A stretch of 64,000 nucleotides of DNA from a virus (lineage: Duplodnaviria > Caudoviricetes): IMG/VR virus record IMGVR_UViG_3300025875_000011, positions 1 through 64,000 of that record. One strand, given 5' to 3'. Below the pieces are notes generated by a model that saw only the letters and a program-made list of their open reading frames with translations, was not told the DNA's origin and ran no database searches. Position 1 is the first letter of the stretch; the number at the start of each line of letters is the position of its first letter. A program made the translations under genes and the position numbers. Of this stretch, positions 1-9,230 are shown one piece after another.

Positions 1-511
1 GCGGGACCGTGTACGTGTTCCCGGCCACGACACCGGCCTGGGTCCACTCGGTGACGGCCACGTCCTGCCAGAACGCGTCGGGGAGCGTGAGGAGCACCTG
101 GAAGCGGGCCGCGCCGCCCGCGATGATCGTCGGGGTCACCGGGTCCTCGGCCAGCTTGCACCAGGCCTGGCGGATCGTCCCGTCCCCGATGTCCTCGCGC
201 ACGTCCATCAGGCCGTGCTTCTTCGAGAACAGGAACAGCAGGTCGTCGAGGTTCTGGCGGCACTGGGCGATCGCGTTGGTGTTCGCGGGGACGACACCGT
301 TCTGGTCGGTCCCCCGCAGGAACATCCCCAGCGTCAGCAGCGAGCCCTGGTAGTCGTCGTTGAGGGAGGCCGCGACCCCGTCGACGCCGGCCATCGGCAT
401 GTCCGCTCCCCGCGACCCGGGCATGGTCTTCGTCTTCGACTCCACGGCCCACGCGAGGCTGTCGAGCAGCGTCCCGTCGACCGTGATCGGCGTAGCGGTG
501 AAGACGGCCAT
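1..511 (-). CDS. Distal tail / minor tail protein (partial, runs off window start)
   Basis: Manual translation from ATG at 511 (MAVFTATPITVDGTLLDSLAWAVESKTKTMPGSRGADMPMAGVDG...) is open to position 1; overlaps the tape measure stop; expected position for Dit. Confidence 0.65.
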   Translation of the reverse strand, partial: MAVFTATPITVDGTLLDSLAWAVESKTKTMPGSRGADMPMAGVDGVAASLNDDYQGSLLTLGMFLRGTDQNGVVPANTNAIAQCRQNLDDLLFLFSKKHGLMDVREDIGDGTIRQAWCKLAEDPVTPTIIAGGAARFQVLLTLPDAFWQDVAVTEWTQAGVVAGNTYTVP

Positions 512-3500
512 CAGTCGACCCACCCGAGCACGGACGCCTTCTGGAGCACCCGGTTGACGGTGACCGAGTTCGTCTCGGGCAGCGGGTTGTTCGTCGTGAT
601 GTGGATGTCCGGGGCGACCTTGGCCGTCGCGCTTGTGATCAGACCCGCGAGCCGGTCGAGGTCGACCGCGTCACGGCGGGGAGTGACGGCCGACGCCGGC
701 GCGGAGCGGGACACGTTCAGCGCGGGCATCGGGAACGCCATCATCGAGGCCAGCGACTGGGTGGCCCGCTTGATCGCGGCCTCCTCCGACGCGATACCAG
801 CGGCCAGGTCCTGGGAGAAGTGCTGGCCGCGGATCTTGGTGTACCCCTGACCCGACAGCGGCCCCTCCTCAGCGGGAGAGCCGGGGAGCAGACCGGCGAT
901 GGTGCGGACAGCCGACCGGGCCGCGTCGATGGCTTGACGGGCAGCTGAGCGGACACCGGCCGCGAACGCGGACATCAGCGCCGCACCGGCCGACCGGAAC
1001 GCCCCGCTCTGGTGAGTCGCGGACAGCATCCCCGAGATGGCCGCGCGGACCGCCGAGATCGCCGCCGAGCCGCCCGAGCGGACAGCGGAGAGGAACGCGG
1101 ACATCCCAGCGGCGACAGCCGCGACCATCGACGACATCCCCGCCGCGGTGACCGCGACCTGAGCAGCCATCCCCGCCCGGGTCACCGCGACCTGCGCAGT
1201 CATCCCAGCGGCGATGACAGCGGTCGCGGCCGCCATTCCAACGGTGACGGCCGCGACGACCCCAGCCATCCCCACCACGGTGACAGCGGTGGCCGAACCC
1301 ATCCCAGCGACGAACACCGCGACGACGGCCGCGAACCCTCCGGTCACGACCGCAGCGAAGCCGACCATCCCAGCAGCAGCAGCGGCGTCGACGAGGACGA
1401 ACCCGGCGCTCACCGCGAGCGCGAACGACGCCATCCCCGCGAGGACGGCCGCGTTCACCGCGATGAACCCGGCTCTCACCGCGAGCGCGAACGTCGTCAT
1501 CCCGAGCAGCGCGGCGGCGTTGACGAGGACGAACCCAGCGGTCACGGTCAGGGCCATCGAAGCGAAGCCGGCCAGGAACGCAGCCTGGACCACGACGAAC
1601 CCAGCGGTCACGGCCAGCGCGAACGTGGCCATCCCCAGCGTCGCCGCAGCTACCACCGCGACGAACCCGGTGGTGACCGTGAGGGCCATGCTGAGCATCC
1701 CGAGGGTGACCGCCGCGTTGACCAGGACGAACCCGGCCGTCACGGCCAGAGCCATCGACGTCATCCCGAGCACGGTCGCAGCGGCCACGGCCAGGAACCC
1801 GGCCGTCACCGCGAGGGTCAGGCCCGTCATCCCGAGCGCGAACGCAGCCGCGACAGCGACGAACCCAACGGTCACCGCCGCCCCGACCGCGAGCATCCCC
1901 AGCGCGACCGCCCCGGCGACGAGGACCATCCCAGCGGTGACGGTGAGGACGATGCCGGCGAACGCGGCGGCCACGGTCAGCGCGACCCCAGCGAACCCGG
2001 TGGTGAAGGCCAGGCCCACAGCGACGAACCCCAGGGTCACCGCAGCGGCCACAGCCGCCATCTGGGTCGTGACGGCCGCGACGACCGCGACGAACACCGC
2101 CGTGACCGTGGTGACGAACCCGGTCAGCGCAGCCGCGACGAGCCCGGTCAGCGTCCCGAAGATCCGCACGATCTCAGCGATCAGGTCGGGGATGATCGAG
2201 TGGCCCACGAGCACGTCGTAGAGCCACTGGAACGGCCTGACGAACAGCTGCACGGCGGCCACGATGATCCCGGCCACGACCTCGAGGCCGGCCTGGACCT
2301 TCGGCCCGAGGCTGTCCCAGAAGGTGTTCCACGACGAGCGGATCAGGTCGAAGTTGCCGGTGAGCACCCCGATGAGGGTGTCGAACATGGCCCCGGCGAG
2401 GGTCCCGATCGCCGCGAACGAGGTCCGGATGTCGGACGGCAGAGCGTTCCAGAACTCGAACCACACCGTCTTGAGCGCCCCGAGCGAGGCCGCCATCAGA
2501 CCCCCGAGGATCTGGAGGGCCCCGATCACGATCCCGTTGAGGGCCTTCGACCACCCGTCGACGATCATGTTCAGGCCCTCCCACACGGCCGACCAGTCCC
2601 CGGTGATCAGGCCGGCGAACAGGGTGATGTAGCCGCGCATGGACTCCAGCGCCCCGGAGACGATCCCCTTGATGATCGTCCACACGCCCTTGACCACGGC
2701 CTCGAGCCCAGGCCAGATCCCGTTCCACATGGCCAGGAACGCGTCCTTGAAGGCGCTCACCTCAGCCACGATCCCGTCGAACACGGCCGACAGCATCGTC
2801 TTGATGTTGTTCCACGCGCCCACCAGCAGGTCGGTGTTGTCGTAGGCCCAGAGGACCATCTTGTTCCACTCGTCGATGACAAACTTGGTCACCGCCTCGA
2901 CGGCCGGCCCGAACGTCGCCTGGAGCCAGTCGACGAACTGGCCGAACCCGGTCTGGATCGCCGAGCCGACCTGCTTGGCGAAGTCGACGATGGCCCCCGC
3001 CGCCCGGTTCACGATGTTGCGGAACTTCTCCGACTTGTTGTAGGCGATGACGAACGCAGCAGCGAGGGCCAGCACGATCCCGACCACGATCGCCACGGTC
3101 CCGGCGCTGAGCCCGATGGCCCCGAAGACGGCCGCGACGACCCCCTTCAAGAGCTTGACCGCCGACACCACGGCCGAGATGGGACCGGCCAGCTGGATCA
3201 TGGCCAGCACGAGGCCCCCCGCAGCCACAGCGAGGGTCGCGAGCCACGGGTGAGCGTTCTGGAACTCGGCGAACTTGTTCATCAGGTCCGTCAGCATGGG
3301 CAGGATCACGGCCCCGATGGGAGCCAGGGCCTCGACGAGGGCCCAGAAGCCGCGGGCGATCCCACCGATCGCGCCGAGGACGATGGGGGCGTTCGACCGG
3401 ACCATGTCGACAAAGTTCTGGAACGCCTGGTTGTTCTCCAGGTTGTTCGCCCAGTCCGCGAACCGGCGCGTCATCCTGACCATGCCGTCGTCGAACGCGG

Positions 3501-4857
3501 TCACCGTGGGCTCGAAGGCCTGGATGAGGCCGAACAGCCCCTCGACCACGTTCCCCACCGAGGTGACGATGGCGTCGAAGGCCGGCCCAGCCATCCGAGC
3601 GAACATGCGGAAGAACCCCCGCCAGCGCGGCGTGTCGAGCGTCTTCCCCATCCGGGTCCCGAGGTCGTCCATCGCGTCGGCCACCGACTGCACGATGGGA
3701 CGCAGCACCGGCAGGAGGCTGGTGAACTTGTTCAGACCCCGCGTGGCGAGGTCGAAGATCTGCGGCTGGAACGAGTCAGCGAAGCCCTTCCAGGCCGTCT
3801 GGAACTCGTTGAGCGACTTCACCACCGGGCGGATCGACGGGTCGAGCAGTTCGTAGGCCCTCTTGAGGCGCGCGAGCGCAGCCTCCTTCTGCTTGTCGGT
3901 GATGGCCTTGTTCACGGCCTCCTGAGCGGCTGTGACGTCGGCCATCCCAGCGGCGACGGGAGCGAACACCGACACCGCGACCGCTCCGAACCCGACCGCG
4001 CCGACACCAGCCGTGACCAGGGCCCCGGCCAGGGCCAGCGCACCACCCGTCGCGACGAGGAGCGCGGGAGCGATCAGCGTGGCCGTGCCAGCGATCAGAC
4101 GGACCGTGCGGTCCATCCCCCGCGACGTGTCGACGAGCGAGTTCGCCAGCTTCGTCAGTTCCCGCTCCACGGCCCGGAACCCGTTCGCCTCCGCGTGGAC
4201 CCGGACCCGCTGCCCGTCGATCTTGCGGATCACGGCGGCCAGCGCGACGAGCTGGGCGATGACCTTCGCGGCCCCGTCCTGGTCGACGCGGACGTTGGCC
4301 GTCATGTGGGCCAGCTGCTGGACCTGCTTGCGCAGCGCGACGAGTTCGGCCGACGCCTCCCCCGTGTCGGCGTCGACCTCGATGTCAGCGGTCGACGCCT
4401 CCAGGTCGGAGACCGTCTTGCGCAGGGCCAGGAGCTTCGCCTCGGCCAGGGCCGTGTCCACGTCGACCTCGACCTCGGCCGACTCGTCCTCGATCCCCCG
4501 CACCTGCTTCTGGAGGGCCTCCAGTTCGATCATCGCCTCACGGGTGTCGGCGGTGATCACGAGCTCGCCGTCCTTCATGGACAGCGCGAGGAGGTCGGCC
4601 GCGACCTTCTCGATCTCCCGCTCGGCCTGACGTGCGTCCGCGTCGACGGTGACCTCGCCGTGCTCGGTGTCGAGCGCGGCCAGCTGCGCGGCCAGGTCGC
4701 GGAGTTCGGCCTGGGCCGCGGCGGTGTCGGCCGCGATCTTGACGTCGGAGTCCTGGCCGTCGAGGGCGTCGATCATCCCCTGGACCTCGCCCAGCTTCCG
4801 CTCGGCCTTGTCGATGTCGGCGTCGACGTCGATCTGGAGTTCAGCCACCGTGGGCAC
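511..4857 (-). CDS. Tape measure protein (1448 aa)
   Basis: Longest real ORF, directly after the tail chaperones; Ala-rich helical composition, periodic W/F repeats, hydrophobic segments. Confidence 0.95.
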   Translation of the reverse strand: MPTVAELQIDVDADIDKAERKLGEVQGMIDALDGQDSDVKIAADTAAAQAELRDLAAQLAALDTEHGEVTVDADARQAEREIEKVAADLLALSMKDGELVITADTREAMIELEALQKQVRGIEDESAEVEVDVDTALAEAKLLALRKTVSDLEASTADIEVDADTGEASAELVALRKQVQQLAHMTANVRVDQDGAAKVIAQLVALAAVIRKIDGQRVRVHAEANGFRAVERELTKLANSLVDTSRGMDRTVRLIAGTATLIAPALLVATGGALALAGALVTAGVGAVGFGAVAVSVFAPVAAGMADVTAAQEAVNKAITDKQKEAALARLKRAYELLDPSIRPVVKSLNEFQTAWKGFADSFQPQIFDLATRGLNKFTSLLPVLRPIVQSVADAMDDLGTRMGKTLDTPRWRGFFRMFARMAGPAFDAIVTSVGNVVEGLFGLIQAFEPTVTAFDDGMVRMTRRFADWANNLENNQAFQNFVDMVRSNAPIVLGAIGGIARGFWALVEALAPIGAVILPMLTDLMNKFAEFQNAHPWLATLAVAAGGLVLAMIQLAGPISAVVSAVKLLKGVVAAVFGAIGLSAGTVAIVVGIVLALAAAFVIAYNKSEKFRNIVNRAAGAIVDFAKQVGSAIQTGFGQFVDWLQATFGPAVEAVTKFVIDEWNKMVLWAYDNTDLLVGAWNNIKTMLSAVFDGIVAEVSAFKDAFLAMWNGIWPGLEAVVKGVWTIIKGIVSGALESMRGYITLFAGLITGDWSAVWEGLNMIVDGWSKALNGIVIGALQILGGLMAASLGALKTVWFEFWNALPSDIRTSFAAIGTLAGAMFDTLIGVLTGNFDLIRSSWNTFWDSLGPKVQAGLEVVAGIIVAAVQLFVRPFQWLYDVLVGHSIIPDLIAEIVRIFGTLTGLVAAALTGFVTTVTAVFVAVVAAVTTQMAAVAAAVTLGFVAVGLAFTTGFAGVALTVAAAFAGIVLTVTAGMVLVAGAVALGMLAVGAAVTVGFVAVAAAFALGMTGLTLAVTAGFLAVAAATVLGMTSMALAVTAGFVLVNAAVTLGMLSMALTVTTGFVAVVAAATLGMATFALAVTAGFVVVQAAFLAGFASMALTVTAGFVLVNAAALLGMTTFALAVRAGFIAVNAAVLAGMASFALAVSAGFVLVDAAAAAGMVGFAAVVTGGFAAVVAVFVAGMGSATAVTVVGMAGVVAAVTVGMAAATAVIAAGMTAQVAVTRAGMAAQVAVTAAGMSSMVAAVAAGMSAFLSAVRSGGSAAISAVRAAISGMLSATHQSGAFRSAGAALMSAFAAGVRSAARQAIDAARSAVRTIAGLLPGSPAEEGPLSGQGYTKIRGQHFSQDLAAGIASEEAAIKRATQSLASMMAFPMPALNVSRSAPASAVTPRRDAVDLDRLAGLITSATAKVAPDIHITTNNPLPETNSVTVNRVLQKASVLGWVD

Positions 4858-5388
4858 GGCTCACCCCCCTCCGTCTGTTGCTGCGCGCGTCCTCGTGGGC
4901 CTGCGCGCCGGCCTCCGCTGATTCAGCGGCCAGCGCGATCTCCATCCACCACACGGGCTTGTCGGCCAGGTCCCACGGCGGGACGCCGAGGTACTTCGCC
5001 GCCCGGAGCAGGCGGTACCAGTCGGGGACTTCCCCGAAGGAACCTTTGGACCTCAGCCAGCGGCGGAGGTCCCGGCCGCTTCCCCCGGCATCTGGTCCTT
5101 CCCGACGGCCTCCATGACCTTGCGGAGGATGCCGACGCCGACGTTGTCCCCGATCCCCTCGGTGGTCAGCGGGATGGGCTGCTCGGCGTCGTCGGTGAGG
5201 TCCCACTTCTCGACGACCTTCAAGATCATGGCGATGATCCGGGTCGGGTCGGGGTTGGACGTGTCGACCAGCTTCGCCATCTCGAACGGCGTGTACTCGG
5301 GGGTCCGGTACTCGATGTGGAGCACGGCCCCGGAGTCGAACGTCACCGCCAGGGGCTTGCGGTCGGACTTGGCCTCGGACAACTTCAC
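4841..5388 (-). CDS. Tail assembly chaperone, long form via -1 frameshift (gpGT equivalent)
   Basis: Slippery GGGGGAA at 5080-5086 (minus strand); the -1 frame continues GSGRDLRRWLRSKGSFGEVPDWYRLLRAAKYLG to the stop at 4841. Confidence 0.8.
5053..5388 (-). CDS. Tail assembly chaperone, short form (gpG equivalent)
   Basis: 111-aa ORF between major tail and tape measure genes, slippery site near its 3' end. Confidence 0.85.
   Translation of the reverse strand: MKLSEAKSDRKPLAVTFDSGAVLHIEYRTPEYTPFEMAKLVDTSNPDPTRIIAMILKVVEKWDLTDDAEQPIPLTTEGIGDNVGVGILRKVMEAVGKDQMPGEAAGTSAAG
5080..5086 (-). other. Programmed -1 ribosomal frameshift site GGGGGAA
   Basis: Plus strand ttccccc; X XXY YYZ-type heptamer linking two overlapping ORFs upstream of the tape measure gene. 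Confidence 0.8.
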
Positions 5389-5576
5389 GGTGCGGGGTTC
5401 CTGTCTGGTTCAGGGAAGGTGGGCTCGGTGTCGCCGATGAACCGGAGGCGGCTCACCTGCTGGGTGGGCTGGGCTGAGACGGTGACGATGTTGGCGTGGA
5501 ACGCGCGGTGGACCCGCTCGTTCAGGACAGGAACGCCGCAGTCACGGCACTCCTTCGCCTCCTTCGAGCGGGCCAC
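5385..5576 (-). CDS. Small hypothetical protein (CxxC)
   Basis: GTG at 5576, MARSKEAKECRDCGVPVLNERVHRAFH...; fills the gap between major tail and chaperone genes with a 4-bp overlap. Confidence 0.5.
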   Translation of the reverse strand: MARSKEAKECRDCGVPVLNERVHRAFHANIVTVSAQPTQQVSRLRFIGDTEPTFPEPDRNPAP

Positions 5577-5580
5577 CGGA

Positions 5581-6600
5581 CTACAGCGCCGACGTGGTGG
5601 TGATGACCTCGACCTGGGTGGCCCGGCCCCACGCCGCGTCGTGGACGGCACCGAACGTCCACTCGATCCCGTAGATCCCGTCCTCGTCGTCGAACTGGCC
5701 CACGTCGGAGATCTGGCCGGCCGTGGTGATCGTCATCTGGTGGTTGACGACCAGCGGCGTCCCACCGGTGCCGGTGTAGATGTTCGGGCCCACGGCCTTG
5801 ATCTGGAGGAACCGGGTCCCGCCCGCGCGCATCGCGACGAGGTTCGCCATCCCCTGAGCGTCGGCCATCTGGGTGATGGTGAACTCGAAGTCGGGCTCGC
5901 CCTCGACGACGGCCACGAACGACGGCTGCGCGGCGTCGACGACCCACACCGGCTGGAACCGGTCGCCGCCCAGCGACCACTCCCCGGAGACGACGCGGAG
6001 CATCTTCGTGGTCCCGGCCCCGGCCCCGGTGTTGTCGAGGTAGATCGAGATCTCCGTGGGCCGCACGGGGACCTGGGGCAGCTGCGTGACGCCGGCCGAC
6101 GTCATCGTGATCCCGTCCTCGAGCGCGCGGGCGATCAGCGAGCCCTCGATCCCGACCTCCTCCCGGTCGTAGGAGAAGGAGAGTTCGGAGATGAGGCCGT
6201 GGGTGACCCGGTGCGCGCGGGACGCGTCGCCCTGCTCGATCGTGTACGTCTTGAAGGCGTCCGCGCCGAACGAGTTGGTGTTGAAGGTCCACCGCGTGGC
6301 CCCCGTCGGGGTGGCCCCGTCGGTGATCGCGGCGACGGTCGGGGCTCCGAGGATCGACGCGAACAGGTACGGCAGCTCGGTGTAGACCGGGGAGCCCTCC
6401 AGGTCGGCCTCAGCCCACTCCTTGCCCAGGATCTGGAGCGAGGGGTACTTCTGGCCGATGGGCCGCATCGCGTTGGTCTCGATGGACGGCCCGAGCGAGA
6501 TCCCGAGCGACCCGAGCCTCTTCGTGGCCGCGACCGCCGTCCCCGGCGTCGCTTCGACCCCGATCTGGGCGGTCTGGGTGATGGTGCTGCGTTCGACCAT
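5581..6600 (-). CDS. Major tail (tube) protein
   Basis: 339 aa, beta-rich T/G composition, follows tail terminator; good SD (AAGGAAGG). Confidence 0.85.
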   Translation of the reverse strand: MVERSTITQTAQIGVEATPGTAVAATKRLGSLGISLGPSIETNAMRPIGQKYPSLQILGKEWAEADLEGSPVYTELPYLFASILGAPTVAAITDGATPTGATRWTFNTNSFGADAFKTYTIEQGDASRAHRVTHGLISELSFSYDREEVGIEGSLIARALEDGITMTSAGVTQLPQVPVRPTEISIYLDNTGAGAGTTKMLRVVSGEWSLGGDRFQPVWVVDAAQPSFVAVVEGEPDFEFTITQMADAQGMANLVAMRAGGTRFLQIKAVGPNIYTGTGGTPLVVNHQMTITTAGQISDVGQFDDEDGIYGIEWTFGAVHDAAWGRATQVEVITTTSAL

Positions 6601-6627
6601 GATGGCCTTCCTTCGGGGTGATGTCGG

Positions 6628-7065
6628 TCAGGAGTGGGCGCGGATCCGGTAGACCCCGCCGAGGTGGCGAAACTGGGTACCGGCGTCGATCTCGGCGTAC
6701 TGGATGAGCGTCTCGCGGCGGCAGCTGAGCGCCCCGTTGACGGTGGTGACGTCCTTCCCGTGGAGGAGGGCGTCGACGCGCTTGGCGATCGGGTCGACGA
6801 CGGCCCAGGTGGCTCCCTCACCGACGACCTTCACCGTGTACATGGCCTCCACGTCGACCCTGACCCCGCCGACCGCGTTGATGTCGCGGGGGGACGAGCA
6901 GAAGAACGCCACGTACGGGGCAGGGACGCCGGCCACGGCCAGCGTCGAGATGATCGACCGCGTCTTGTCCGTGCCCGGGAGCATCCCGAGCAGGGCCGCG
7001 TCGGTGGACAGCGTCGTCCACAGCCACGGGTCGATGATGTCGACGGTCTCGATCCCGCTGCTCAC
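6628..7065 (-). CDS. Tail terminator protein
   Basis: Position before the major tail gene; ...VPAPYVAF...VYRIRAHS pattern; GTG start overlapping the previous stop. Confidence 0.7.
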   Translation of the reverse strand: MSSGIETVDIIDPWLWTTLSTDAALLGMLPGTDKTRSIISTLAVAGVPAPYVAFFCSSPRDINAVGGVRVDVEAMYTVKVVGEGATWAVVDPIAKRVDALLHGKDVTTVNGALSCRRETLIQYAEIDAGTQFRHLGGVYRIRAHS

Positions 7066-7412
7066 CGGCACGCTCTCTTGACCGAGGCCGACAGGTTCCT
7101 CACGAACAGCGGCTCGCCCGTGTGGGCAGCCGGGATCATGTACGGCTGTGCCCGACCTCCGGGCTGGTTGGCCCCGAACTCGACGAACCCCGCGTAGAAG
7201 CCGTGGCCCAGGTAGACACCGGACCGGATCTCCCCGTGGAGCCCGTCGTGGTGGGGCTTCGTGTTCCGGGCCAGGATCGTCTTGTCGACCGGGACGTTCT
7301 TCACGGCGACCGCGCAGATCTGCTTGGTCGTCTTCCCCACACCTTCCTCGCACTCCGGGCGGAGTCGGGAGATGACCTTCGGGAGCCGGTTGTACTTCAC
7401 CCGGACCGGCAT
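7062..7412 (-). CDS. Neck / HK97 gp10-like minor tail protein
   Basis: Basic protein with PVDKTILARN, YAGFVEFGA and AQPYMIPA motifs typical of gp10-like proteins. Confidence 0.75.
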   Translation of the reverse strand: MPVRVKYNRLPKVISRLRPECEEGVGKTTKQICAVAVKNVPVDKTILARNTKPHHDGLHGEIRSGVYLGHGFYAGFVEFGANQPGGRAQPYMIPAAHTGEPLFVRNLSASVKRACR

Positions 7413-7834
7413 CAGACCTCCCGCAGCTGGGCGCGGAGAGCGTCGTCCAACTCGCGGAGCATGACGCGGGTCGACACGGCCCGCTCCGAGTCGAGCGTCA
7501 GCGACGCCTGGGTCCGCCACAACTTCCCCACGGTGACGACCCAGTCGCCCTCGTTGATCGGGAAGCCGCGCGGAAGGGTCAGGACCACGACCGACGTGTT
7601 CTCCACCTGGAGGGCGACGTCGGCCGCTTCACGGTCGGCCATACCGCCAGCCGCACGACGCGCGGACGGGGCCGCGACCCACCCGCGCGCCGGTCGCCCG
7701 GGCCGTCTGACGTGGACGGTCGTCGACCCCCCGGTGGCGTCGCGGACGAGAGTCTCGTCGTAGACGACCACCTCCTCCTGCAGGAACCGCTCCGCGGCTG
7801 CGGACGCCTGCTCGAAGCCCATAGGGGTCGACAC
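7412..7834 (-). CDS. Head-to-tail stopper (head closure)
   Basis: 140 aa, beta-rich, synteny in the connector module. Confidence 0.65.
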   Translation of the reverse strand: MSTPMGFEQASAAAERFLQEEVVVYDETLVRDATGGSTTVHVRRPGRPARGWVAAPSARRAAGGMADREAADVALQVENTSVVVLTLPRGFPINEGDWVVTVGKLWRTQASLTLDSERAVSTRVMLRELDDALRAQLREV

Positions 7835-7837
7835 CGG

Positions 7838-8014
7838 TCAGCCCTTCGGCAGCTGTCCGGCGTCCTCGAGGACCTTGCGGTGCTCGGGGGTGATCGCGTC
7901 GGCGTACGGCCGCGCCGGGTAGTCGTCGATCGGGGCGGCCACGTCGTTGCTGGTGTCGCCGTCGGCCAGGGCCTTCGCGGCGACCTGACCCTCCTTCGGG
8001 TTGCTGTGGGCCAT
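7838..8014 (-). CDS. Small hypothetical protein (58 aa, not in ORF track)
   Basis: Manual translation MAHSNPKEGQVAAKALADGDTSNDVAAPIDDYPARPYADAITPEHRKVLEDAGQLPKG; strong SD GAAGGAG; GC3-biased codons. Confidence 0.65.
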   Translation of the reverse strand: MAHSNPKEGQVAAKALADGDTSNDVAAPIDDYPARPYADAITPEHRKVLEDAGQLPKG

Positions 8015-8026
8015 GAGGTGCTCCTT

Positions 8027-8446
8027 CTACGGCCAGTCGCCCGTGAACCCGTAAAACGGGTCAGGGGTGCCGGTGAGGTTGAGGTTCTGGTGCTCGGCCG
8101 GGGTGGTGAGGGTGACCGACACCAGACCGGGGGTGGTGGCCACCTTCCGAGCCGCTCGGCAGGTGGCCCGCTCCGAGTCGGTGAGGTAGACCCCACCGGC
8201 CGGGATGCCGGAGCGGGTGTACGTCTCGAAGAGTTCGTGGTTGACCCCGGAGGGGTTGATGTAGGCCCTGGCCGCCGCGTCGAGCTGCACGCCCTTGAGG
8301 CGCGGCGGCCAGGTCCCTCCGTTCTCGCCGAGGTCGCCGGCCTCGGCCTTGATGAGGTCCTCAGCGATGTCCAGCAGCAACGTCGCCGTCGCGGTGTCCA
8401 CGTCCTGCTGGACGCGGACGGCGAGCTCGGTCGCTGTGGCGATCAC
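8027..8446 (-). CDS. Head-to-tail adaptor
   Basis: A(T)ATELAVR...LLLDIAEDLI...ARAYINPSG...GGVYLTDSE pattern of actinophage adaptors. Confidence 0.8.
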   Translation of the reverse strand: MIATATELAVRVQQDVDTATATLLLDIAEDLIKAEAGDLGENGGTWPPRLKGVQLDAAARAYINPSGVNHELFETYTRSGIPAGGVYLTDSERATCRAARKVATTPGLVSVTLTTPAEHQNLNLTGTPDPFYGFTGDWP

Positions 8447-8455
8447 CGAGACCTC

Positions 8456-8764
8456 CTAGTGGGCCGACAGCGGGTGCTGGACGAGCGGGTTCGTCGCCTC
8501 GGCCTGCGCGGTCACCTTGTTGGCCTGGGCCTCCGGGACGGGGAGCCCCTTCGACACCCCGGCCACGGTGTAGTTCTCGTTCGGGGTCATGTCGACCTCC
8601 GTGCCGCGGAACCCCTGGCCCTGCTCCTCGTCGAGCGCGCCCTGGACCTGCTTGAGGGCGTCGACGTCCTCCTCCGAGAGGCCGTCCGGGACCTGGTCGG
8701 AGGCCCCGGCCTTGGCCGACCCCTTCGGGTCGGTCGTGTCCTTGCCGTCGTTGCGTGCGGCCAT
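8456..8764 (-). CDS. Hypothetical virion-module protein
   Basis: 102-aa acidic ORF tightly packed after the capsid gene. Confidence 0.6.
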   Translation of the reverse strand: MAARNDGKDTTDPKGSAKAGASDQVPDGLSEEDVDALKQVQGALDEEQGQGFRGTEVDMTPNENYTVAGVSKGLPVPEAQANKVTAQAEATNPLVQHPLSAH

Positions 8765-8766
8765 GA

Positions 8767-9192
8767 TCAGCCCTCCACTCGTGGGGTGAGGTACGGGGCC
8801 TCGGTGTTCGGGCTCATCACCCGGTCCGGGGTCACCGTCCCTGCGTTGACAGCGGCCACCGAGTACGAGTCGGCCTCCGCATCGGACTCCGGGGAGAACC
8901 CGAAGAACCCGTTCCGCTGGGCAGCGTTGAACTGCTCCGTCGCGGCTGCGCTCCCGGGGGCGAGCGTGCCGATGGTGGCCGCGCTCGTCGAGGTCGCGGT
9001 CGCGTTGGCCGACGCGGTCGCAGCGGTGGCCGAGGCCACAGCCGTGATCGTCGTCCCGGCCGCGAACCCGGCCCCGGAGATGGCCTTCCCCACGTCGCCG
9101 CGCTGGAAGGTCCCTGCGGCCCCGGTGAGCGCGGTGGAACCGGAGGTCCGGCCCACCGTCGCCGTACGGGGCTTGCTCGTGCGTCCTGGCAT
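8767..9192 (-). CDS. Possible capsid decoration protein
   Basis: 141-aa A/T/G-rich ORF immediately after the major capsid gene. Confidence 0.5.
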   Translation of the reverse strand: MPGRTSKPRTATVGRTSGSTALTGAAGTFQRGDVGKAISGAGFAAGTTITAVASATAATASANATATSTSAATIGTLAPGSAAATEQFNAAQRNGFFGFSPESDAEADSYSVAAVNAGTVTPDRVMSPNTEAPYLTPRVEG

Positions 9193-9230
9193 GTCTGCTC
9201 CTCAGTCCGTGATGGTCAGGTGGACGGGGA

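Noticed and set aside
1012-6621. 1869-aa plus-strand ORF and many other long ORFs antisense to real genes (e.g. 7712-9295, 11642-13300, 36674-39103, 43512-44804)
   Set aside because: Shadow frames from strong GC3 codon bias: R/G/P/H-rich, no motifs, fully overlapping well-supported minus-strand genes
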